Below, one piece after another: positions 15,017 to 21,206 of a DNA stretch of 21,263 nucleotides. The translations under genes and the position numbers were made by a program. Source of the stretch: a virus. Taxonomy: Duplodnaviria > Heunggongvirae > Uroviricota > Caudoviricetes. The notes under the pieces were generated by a model, which worked only from the letters and a program-made list of their open reading frames with translations, was not told where the DNA came from and did no database searches. The stretch is taken from IMG/VR virus record IMGVR_UViG_3300035698_029829, positions 135,427 through 156,689 of that record; one strand, given 5' to 3'. The stretch's first letter is position 1, and each line of letters starts with the position of its first letter.

Positions 15017-15481
15017 TTAATCAACTATGTCTTCGATTTTGCCATGGTACTTCAGCGCACGCCGAAGAATTTTATCGAGTGAGACGACTTCCTGGTAGAA
15101 GTAATCGCAGTTCTGGAGCACCTGGTCGAGCTTTGCCACGGGAATTTTCGATCCTGTTAACGGCTCCTCGAACGGCCATGCTTTGGTTTCGAGGAGCATG
15201 TCGCCGATGATCTGATCTTCGTCGTTACCGTCGACCTTGAAATAGAGTCGAATCCGCGTGGTGGCCAATTTCTCTTTCTTGATGTACTCATCTCCGAAGC
15301 GCTTGAAGCCGTGTTTGCTGAAGATTGGTCCCAGCTTGGTTTGGAGATCGAGTGCTTCCTTGCTCGGGCTAGCCGCTTCGTCGACACCCTTCCGCAGGTG
15401 CGATGGGGCCTTCGGATTCGTTGGCCCAGGGTTCTCTCGCCAGTCATTAAGCACCTGGTCTACGCTGCGTTGGTCCTTCAT
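15017..15481 (-). CDS. Hypothetical protein, 154 aa
   Basis: Start moved to MKDQRS (AAGGGA SD); the N-terminus has VLNDWRE...GVDEAA, weakly like its neighbours. Confidence 0.8.
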   Translation of the reverse strand: MKDQRSVDQVLNDWRENPGPTNPKAPSHLRKGVDEAASPSKEALDLQTKLGPIFSKHGFKRFGDEYIKKEKLATTRIRLYFKVDGNDEDQIIGDMLLETKAWPFEEPLTGSKIPVAKLDQVLQNCDYFYQEVVSLDKILRRALKYHGKIEDIVD

Positions 15482-15516
15482 GGTGGTTCCCTTCTCAGAG
15501 TGTCTTGTGAATGGCG

Positions 15517-15825
15517 TTAACCGAGCGACCGATTCAAACGCTGTCGTACTTTCTGAATCTCGCTGTTCATGCGAGCGTAAATGTCTGCGTCGCTGTTCCA
15601 TTCACCGCCGCTCTTGCGAAACTGCTTGACGGCGTTCGCTATTTTATCCGTTGCCTGGTCGAGGTGTTTCACCGCATCCTTGAGGTCGGTGTGGATATCC
15701 TTGTTCAACTGCGTCGCCTCGTCGATAGGCGGTGCTGATTCCACACCCGGCTCGGAGTAAGGAGTGGCCGGTACATCCTCAGCCAGGAGATCGTTCAGCG
15801 GGTGGAAAGGATTGATGCGGCTCAT
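15517..15825 (-). CDS. Protein with the shared 26-aa N-terminal leader (candidate virion internal protein), 102 aa
   Basis: AAGGAG SD; begins MSRINPFHPLNDLLAEDVPATPYSEP; helical C-terminus. Confidence 0.8.
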   Translation of the reverse strand: MSRINPFHPLNDLLAEDVPATPYSEPGVESAPPIDEATQLNKDIHTDLKDAVKHLDQATDKIANAVKQFRKSGGEWNSDADIYARMNSEIQKVRQRLNRSLG

Positions 15826-15852
15826 GCCGGTCTCCTTCGTCATCTACAGAGG

Positions 15853-15872
15853 AGATACCACCGGTGGTATCT
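15853..15872. repeat. Palindrome copy 4, AGATACCACCGGTGGTATCT
   Basis: 20-bp perfect palindrome overlapping the TAG stop of 15871..16206. Confidence 0.95.
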
Positions 15873-16206
15873 ATTCGTTATCCCTCTTCTTTTTGGCTTT
15901 CTTAATGACCTTCTCCGGGTCCTTGCCCTGGCCCTTCAGCAACTCTTCCAGCATGGCGTTGGTGGCGTCCTGTTTTTCCATCTGTTTTTCCTGTTCCAGA
16001 TTCGCGTTGAACTGCTCCAACTGATTGGTAAGGTTTTTCAAGTTTTGATTGGTCAGAGCGCTTTCTTTCTTCAACTCGGCGATTTCTCTGTCGTTCTCCT
16101 TGTCCTCGGCGTAGGTGTAGCTGAGATTGCCTATGAGACCACCGACGAAGGCAACGATGAGCAAGATCATCGGTATCTTGATGAAGCGCCCGTTGGTATT
16201 CGGCAC
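15871..16206 (-). CDS. Single-pass membrane protein with a coiled coil, 111 aa
   Basis: GGAGG SD and GTG start; TM segment IPMILLIVAFVGGLIGNL followed by a heptad-rich region. Confidence 0.8.
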   Translation of the reverse strand: MPNTNGRFIKIPMILLIVAFVGGLIGNLSYTYAEDKENDREIAELKKESALTNQNLKNLTNQLEQFNANLEQEKQMEKQDATNAMLEELLKGQGKDPEKVIKKAKKKRDNE

Positions 16207-16297
16207 GACCGACCTCCCGATGGTGTTCCAGCGTCACCGTTATCTTCATCGCACCCACAGAGCCAGTGCAGAGAAGATACCGGGTAGGTAGTTAGGA

Positions 16298-16314
16298 GTC
16301 CGGCGCGGCCGGAC
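16298..16314. repeat. Hairpin GTCCGGC-GCG-GCCGGAC in the divergent intergenic region
   Basis: Perfect 7-bp inverted repeat with a 3-nt spacer. Confidence 0.5.
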
Positions 16315-16354
16315 GTTGTTTAGGTCAAGGCTAGGACAGGAAAGGAGAATCACC

Positions 16355-17824
16355 ATGTCCAAGAGAAAGCCATCTCTGCCCTCTCACAAAAAAGTCGATG
16401 TCACAACCAAACCGATGCGGAAAAAGACCCGTCCTTACAAGGCCGTCTGTAAGGTCTGCTCCAGGGAATTCCAGAGCGCCAAACCGACAGAGGTGTGTCT
16501 CAATTGCCGTGCCGAGGGATCTGAAGCCGCCGAGGAACTGATCCGCCTCGAACGCCTCCAAGAAAACGTGGATGAGACAATGCGCCTCGAACGCCTCAAA
16601 GAGGAGGCGAATGCAGATCACTGGTTCCACTGCAACGATTGCGAGACGGAGTTCCGCGCCGAGGACGAGGACCCGAACTACGACGGCACCATCGAGGCGT
16701 TAGACAACCTCGTCTGTCCGGAGTGCGCCAGTGCCAACCTTTCAGGGATAGCATATTCGCCGATCAAACTTGCGAAGAAAACACTCACCTTTAACGATGT
16801 GATCGGACAATGGGAAGCCGAAGCCACCCTCAAAATCTTGCACCCGAGCTTAACCAGGGCACTCGAAGGAGGAGTGTACGGCCAATCTGATGTCGACCGG
16901 CTGCGTCTTGCTCTCGTGCACCAGGTCAACAAGCAGGTTGAACGGCACTTACCTGATTCGGCAAAGACCACGGCGAAGGGCGAGATGCGCGATCTTGCGT
17001 ACACCCTTCACCGCCTGGCAAACCTGGCAGACCCCACACCCTCGGCGTCTGTCCGCATCAATCCGGATATCCTGAAGGAGATTGCGAACCTTCACGGTCC
17101 CGGCAGTCTCAAAGAACTACGAGACATCGTTGATGAGAAGGCCCAGCGCCAAATCGACGAATTCCGGAAGGAACACGACTCGGCCAATCTAACCTCCGGC
17201 GAGCGGTATCTCAAGCAACACGGAAAGGGTGGCTACTTTTATCCCTATGGTATGGCGGGGGAGTTCTTGTTGGCCTTCATGAACCGCCTGGCGTCTTACT
17301 TCGGTTCCCAGGGACACGTGACCAACCGGCTCTACGATCTGCTAAAGGTCGCAGGCGTCGTCCCCGATCCCGGTGAGCCATGGGAGCGGTCGCGTGCCCG
17401 AGCAGTGCGGGTCGAGCTGTTCAACGTAGTGTGCTACAACACGATGATGGGCATTACAAATCGAATGCGTGACCGGCTTGTCAAGGACTGTCGATTTCAG
17501 ACCAAGGAAGAGTTGGGGCGGGACTTTGTAGACCGGAGCCAGCTGGAGCTGTGGTTTATTGATAACTGGTTTGGCTGGATGACCAAGGCCCGCGAGGAAG
17601 CGTTTTGGGTTGGTGAGTTTGCTTTGAAGACGCACCAGTTTGAAGTATGGAAGGAACGAACCGCCGTACTCTTCAATCAAGTGACGCGCGAACCAAGCGA
17701 CACTTTCACGACCGCCGAGGTGCTCGTCGACGTACTGAATTTCTGCAAGGAACGCGTGACCGAGAAGTTTCTGGCTGAAGTACCACTGCGGCCAGGAGTG
17801 GTCGAGATGGAATCGACGGAGTAG
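16355..17824 (+). CDS. Large hypothetical protein with two N-terminal Zn-ribbon-like motifs, 489 aa
   Basis: AAAGGAG SD before the ATG at 16355; motifs CKVC...CLNC and CNDC...CPEC. Confidence 0.9.
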   Translation: MSKRKPSLPSHKKVDVTTKPMRKKTRPYKAVCKVCSREFQSAKPTEVCLNCRAEGSEAAEELIRLERLQENVDETMRLERLKEEANADHWFHCNDCETEFRAEDEDPNYDGTIEALDNLVCPECASANLSGIAYSPIKLAKKTLTFNDVIGQWEAEATLKILHPSLTRALEGGVYGQSDVDRLRLALVHQVNKQVERHLPDSAKTTAKGEMRDLAYTLHRLANLADPTPSASVRINPDILKEIANLHGPGSLKELRDIVDEKAQRQIDEFRKEHDSANLTSGERYLKQHGKGGYFYPYGMAGEFLLAFMNRLASYFGSQGHVTNRLYDLLKVAGVVPDPGEPWERSRARAVRVELFNVVCYNTMMGITNRMRDRLVKDCRFQTKEELGRDFVDRSQLELWFIDNWFGWMTKAREEAFWVGEFALKTHQFEVWKERTAVLFNQVTREPSDTFTTAEVLVDVLNFCKERVTEKFLAEVPLRPGVVEMESTE

Positions 17825-17838
17825 GATAAGGCACGACA

Positions 17839-17926
17839 GGCCAGGTGCTTACGTGTAGCCGCCCCCAGGGGGATGATACCACCGGTGGTATCATGCAGGT
17901 GAGTGCCTGGCCCTTTCAATTTCTTC
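17839..17926 (+). terminator. Long stem enclosing palindrome copy 5 and followed by a T-rich tail
   Basis: GGCCAGGTGCTTAC (17839-17852) pairs with GTGAGTGCCTGGCC (17899-17912) using G-U pairs; CTTTCAATTTCTTC follows. Confidence 0.45.
17873..17894. repeat. Palindrome copy 5, ATGATACCACCGGTGGTATCAT
   Basis: 22-bp perfect palindrome. Confidence 0.95.
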
Positions 17927-17944
17927 AATGATTACAAGTGGTAG

Positions 17945-17966
17945 GAGATACCACCGGTGGTATCTC
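17945..17966. repeat. Palindrome copy 6, GAGATACCACCGGTGGTATCTC
   Basis: 22-bp perfect palindrome, 72 bp centre-to-centre from copy 5. Confidence 0.95.
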
Positions 17967-18102
17967 AGCGTCCCCTCGGCACGCGGCGCGCCGAAAAACC
18001 GAGGCGGCGGAGGTGAAGAGTCCCCGCCACCCCGTGCCACAACTCGCGGCTCTTACACGGAGATAGATCCACATGGCGTCTCTTATCTTCAGCAGCCTGG
18101 GA

Positions 18103-18156
18103 ATCGACGTGCTCGTTCACTTTTCTCTTGACAAACCTCCTATCATATGATACGAT
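18103..18156 (+). promoter_or_regulatory. sigma70 promoter plus operator with a degenerate distal half
   Basis: ATCGACG-TGCT-CGTTCAC, then TTGACA (18128), 17 bp, TGA-TACGAT (18151). Confidence 0.85.
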
Positions 18157-18180
18157 GGGTTTGTTGATTGGGAGAACAAA

Positions 18181-18564
18181 ATGCAAAAGCGAGTTTACAA
18201 TTACCTAAACGTCATCTCTCCAATGCCGTTCATAATCGTTCGAGTACCTGTAGAAGGACGCGCCCCTTGGCACTCAATCCTGAAGGCCCTGACGCCTGTT
18301 ATGCGCAGTCATGGGCTTCGCCAAAAGGATATGTCTGCTATTGAACCGCTTGTTTATTTCCATGAAATACCCCTGGGTTGTACGGGCGATGAAATTCGGA
18401 AAGGTGCGTACACGAGTCTCAATAAACTAAATGAAGAAATGGCCGAATTCGAAAGAAGGGTCAAAAAAGCCTACGAAGGCGATGAAACCTGCGTCCCCAA
18501 TTTTCATCTATACGACTGGCAAGACGGGGGATTTAAGCTGGTACGAAAGGCGACGAAGCAATGA
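18181..18564 (+). CDS. Hypothetical protein, 127 aa
   Basis: GGGAG SD; first gene after its promoter. Confidence 0.8.
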   Translation: MQKRVYNYLNVISPMPFIIVRVPVEGRAPWHSILKALTPVMRSHGLRQKDMSAIEPLVYFHEIPLGCTGDEIRKGAYTSLNKLNEEMAEFERRVKKAYEGDETCVPNFHLYDWQDGGFKLVRKATKQ

Positions 18565-18595
18565 CACGCAGTGAGAACTGCGGCCCCTCATAATA

Positions 18596-18648
18596 ATGAA
18601 CGTGCGCGTTCATCCCCTCTTGACAAACCTCCTAAGATATGAGATAAT
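18596..18648 (+). promoter_or_regulatory. sigma70 promoter plus inverted-repeat operator
   Basis: ATGAACG-TGCG-CGTTCAT, TTGACA (18620), 17 bp, TGA-GATAAT (18643). Confidence 0.9.
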
Positions 18649-18689
18649 AGCCTTAGATGAGAGAGGCAATTCTAACCAGGAGGAAAGCC

Positions 18690-18872
18690 ATGAAGGACCT
18701 GAGAGAAATCAAAAAGGCTAACGCCATCGCAGCGGCCAAAGCGCCGCGCAAACCCCAACTCCGGATCGATTTCAGAGCCGAACGGTGCTACCAGGCAGCA
18801 GCGTTGGCGGGACGCATCGCCCCCGAGAATTTCGGACGCATCGAACCCTTCCAAACCCAGGCCCAGGCATAG
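18690..18872 (+). CDS. Small hypothetical protein, 60 aa
   Basis: AGGAGG SD before the ATG at 18690. Confidence 0.7.
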   Translation: MKDLREIKKANAIAAAKAPRKPQLRIDFRAERCYQAAALAGRIAPENFGRIEPFQTQAQA

Positions 18873-18886
18873 CCAAGGAGGATGCG

Positions 18887-19078
18887 ATGAAAATGGTTGG
18901 AGTGGATCAAGCTGTTAAGAACCTGGCTGCGTGGATCATCGACAGGCACGGCTGCCAGGATTGGAAAGTCAAGGCAGAGGAGTGCTCAGAACCGGTAGCC
19001 GTCGCTTTGGGTGTTCCCTTTGACGGCTTCCGTAAAATGGTAGCCAAAGAAATCATAAGGCAAGACGAAGAGGGGTGA
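18887..19078 (+). CDS. Small hypothetical protein, 63 aa
   Basis: AAGGAGG SD before the ATG at 18887. Confidence 0.75.
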   Translation: MKMVGVDQAVKNLAAWIIDRHGCQDWKVKAEECSEPVAVALGVPFDGFRKMVAKEIIRQDEEG

Positions 19079-19082
19079 AAAG

Positions 19083-19409
19083 ATGATTGTCATTGAAATT
19101 CCGCACCGGATGATCCCAAGAGCCTACGAAACCGATGAGGCCGGACTGATCGAGGAAGCCCACAAAAAGGCCGACGAAGCTGGCCTGGCTTACGAGGCTG
19201 GAGAATTTCCAGATTCAGATTTCACGGAAGCCAATTGGGCGCGGGAGGTCCTCTTTGGAGATCTCGCCTTTGTTCAGGAATTCGACACCATCGGGGAGGC
19301 CCTCCTATGGGCGACGGAGTACGCGAAAGCTGATCACAAAGGATGCTACAACTACCAGGCGTTCGAGGTCGAGGCAGCCGTTGAAGCTCTGGCCGAGCTT
19401 TTGGCTTAG
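19083..19409 (+). CDS. Acidic hypothetical protein, 108 aa
   Basis: GAGGGG SD, closely follows the upstream stop. Confidence 0.8.
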   Translation: MIVIEIPHRMIPRAYETDEAGLIEEAHKKADEAGLAYEAGEFPDSDFTEANWAREVLFGDLAFVQEFDTIGEALLWATEYAKADHKGCYNYQAFEVEAAVEALAELLA

Positions 19410-19434
19410 AACCTTCGGGATCAACAGCATAGCA

Positions 19435-19487
19435 ATGAACGCGCACGTTCATTTTCTCTTGACAAACTCTGACAATTATGGTACAAT
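19435..19487 (+). promoter_or_regulatory. sigma70 promoter plus inverted-repeat operator
   Basis: ATGAACG-CGCA-CGTTCAT, TTGACA (19459), 17 bp, TGG-TACAAT (19482). Confidence 0.9.
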
Positions 19488-19548
19488 AGACTTACAAAAT
19501 GGGGAGAGGACAGCGTCCTCAAAATGAAACCAAAAGCGGGAGAAGACG

Positions 19549-20292
19549 ATGACCACCAAGCGCACCGACCACCGGAAAGAAACCAAGGGCCTCACGGCCA
19601 GCTTGCTTCTAACCGAACGCGGTAAGAAGGCCACCTCCTTCACCGGCGGCAGGAAGGGTAGCAAAACCCTCGGCCAGGCATACGAGGATCGCACCTCCTT
19701 TCTGAGCAGCGAGATTCAGATCGCCAACGGTGACTACTTCCACGGCATCGTCGATATCAGCCCCGACGAAAGCGGTGAACACGGTGGGACCCTCGTGATG
19801 TTCCCCGTCGAAACCGACTGTTGGGTATGTCGCGAAGCCAAAAAGCGCGTCCCCGAAAGTACTCCCAAAAAGAGCTACGCTTTCAGCAAGGGAATGGGCA
19901 AGTATTCCGTCCGTGACAAGGCGACCGTCGAGCTACGCAAGATCAAACTCAGCCCCTGCCCCCATTGTGTGGGCACCGGTAAGGAACATCTCGCTCGCGT
20001 CGTCGACTTGCACCACGAATTCGACGAGTTCGCCAAACTGACCGGCTTGACCAGGGAAGATGTGTTTCCCTATCGCTACCATTACTTTAGTCACGAAGCC
20101 ATCCAAAACAAGATCGGCTTCAGTGATTACCACGTTGACGAGGACACCGGTTGGTCTGTGGCGGGTGACGATGAGAAATGGGTGGCTCACGTCGAGAAAT
20201 ACCGCAAGCTCCAGCGGACGAAATCTCAGATCATCAAAGCCCACGCTGAGGAGAACGGTATCCCTGTTATCGACCTCGGACTGTCAAAATGA
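19549..20292 (+). CDS. Hypothetical protein with CxxC...CxxC motifs, 247 aa
   Basis: GGGAG SD; motifs CWVC and CPHC. Confidence 0.85.
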   Translation: MTTKRTDHRKETKGLTASLLLTERGKKATSFTGGRKGSKTLGQAYEDRTSFLSSEIQIANGDYFHGIVDISPDESGEHGGTLVMFPVETDCWVCREAKKRVPESTPKKSYAFSKGMGKYSVRDKATVELRKIKLSPCPHCVGTGKEHLARVVDLHHEFDEFAKLTGLTREDVFPYRYHYFSHEAIQNKIGFSDYHVDEDTGWSVAGDDEKWVAHVEKYRKLQRTKSQIIKAHAEENGIPVIDLGLSK

Positions 20293-20561
20293 GCATCGTT
20301 TACACCGATATCCAGCTTGGGTTGTGCGCCGTCTGCGGCCGAGAGATCGGAGTCACCAAGCATGGGAAGGCTGTGCGCCACGGGCAGAGGGGTTTCCAAT
20401 CAGGAGTACCAGGCTATCATTACCGATCTCTTAAAGGACCCTGCCCTGGGAGTGGTCAACCTGTTACTGAGCTAACCCGAAAGACCTTCCGAGTGCTGAC
20501 CGGCCTACGCGCGCATGTGAAACGAGGAAAGCTGTACAAAAGAGGAAAACCTGAAGAATGA
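20289..20561 (+). CDS. Small Zn-finger-like protein (CxxC...H...C), 90 aa
   Basis: ATGA overlap; CAVC...RHG...CPGS. Confidence 0.75.
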   Translation: MSIVYTDIQLGLCAVCGREIGVTKHGKAVRHGQRGFQSGVPGYHYRSLKGPCPGSGQPVTELTRKTFRVLTGLRAHVKRGKLYKRGKPEE

Positions 20562-20563
20562 AA

Positions 20564-20617
20564 GTGAACAGAACCGTTCATTTTGCTCTTGACAAACTCG
20601 GTAAGATATGATATAAT
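20564..20617 (+). promoter_or_regulatory. sigma70 promoter plus inverted-repeat operator
   Basis: GTGAACA-GAAC-CGTTCAT, TTGACA (20589), 17 bp, TGA-TATAAT (20612). Confidence 0.9.
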
Positions 20618-20707
20618 AGTCTTAGAGGATGGGGAAGGGAGAAGCCCGAACCCAAAACGAAACCGGGGAAGGAAACCCCAGGACAAAGCTCGAAAGGAGC
20701 AAACCAA

Positions 20708-21002
20708 ATGGAAGTTAAACTTCGCAAAGCATCCAACCGCAACACCCCCCTTTCATGAAGTCACGGTCGGCTCGTTGACCCTGTACTTCTCGTACCAAAC
20801 CTGCGTCGCTTTTTACCCGCCGCACGGCGAGCGCGTCATCTCCGAAAATTCGTGGGGGCCGACCACGGGTCGACACCTCAATGAACTGGACGGTGGCCGC
20901 AAGAAGGAACGCGTCCCACGCGCTGAGTTTGAAGAGAAGCTCGCCGAGGTTCTAAGCATCCTCGACGGCAATCCTCACCGGCCCGCGCCGATTCACGGGT
21001 AA
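20708..21002 (+). pseudogene. Conserved-looking phage hypothetical gene split by a +1 frameshift in a C6 run
   Basis: The SD-supported ATG (AAAGGAG, 20708) ends after 16 aa. The protein-like region (LYFSYQTCVAF...SWGPTTGRHLNEL) is in the +1 frame and has no good start of its own. Confidence 0.6.
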
Positions 21003-21011
21003 GGAGAGATC

Positions 21012-21206
21012 ATGAGATTTCGTTGGACTATGAAACAGCTTGAAGAATTCAGCGATGCCCGGGTCCTCCGTGGCCTGGTCGTCGAACGAAAATCCGAGTT
21101 GAACCCCTTCACCCCTCTCTCGAAACGGCTGAGCGCGCTTTGCGAGAAGCTGGATAAGAAGGTTCAAGCCGAGGAAATGAAAAAGCAGAGGGGAGACATC
21201 GTATGA
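21012..21206 (+). CDS. Small hypothetical protein, 64 aa
   Basis: TAAGGAG SD. Confidence 0.8.
   Translation: MRFRWTMKQLEEFSDARVLRGLVVERKSELNPFTPLSKRLSALCEKLDKKVQAEEMKKQRGDIV

Noticed and set aside
14203-15210. 335-aa plus-strand ORF, and similar antisense ORFs such as 5972..6556, 13074..13610 and 15802..16287
   Set aside because: They are shadows of well-supported minus-strand genes, have no SD or promoter support, and cross intergenic palindromes.
16215-16250. GATGGTGTTC resembling a fluoride riboswitch
   Set aside because: The P1 and pseudoknot partners are missing; the sequence is just the antisense of the SD region of 15871..16206.
16275-16292. AGATACCGGGTAGGTAG as a seventh palindrome site
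   Set aside because: Only one 7-bp arm matches, with wrong spacing and mismatches in the second arm, whereas the true copies are invariant.
10376-17966. Palindromic repeats as a CRISPR array
   Set aside because: Copies are 68 bp to 4 kb apart with genes between them. There is no regular repeat-spacer period and no cas gene.
10376-17966. Palindromes as integron attC sites or IS/MITE ends
   Set aside because: No RYYYAAC/GTTRRRY cores, no target-site duplications seen, and no integrase or transposase in the window.
2469-20581. Operator as a Gram-positive LexA box, Rex site or CRP site
   Set aside because: The spacing is wrong. Here it is GAAC-N6-GTTC, versus GAAC-N4-GTTC for LexA and GTGAA-N4-TTCAC for Rex, and the CRP half-site TGTGA is absent.
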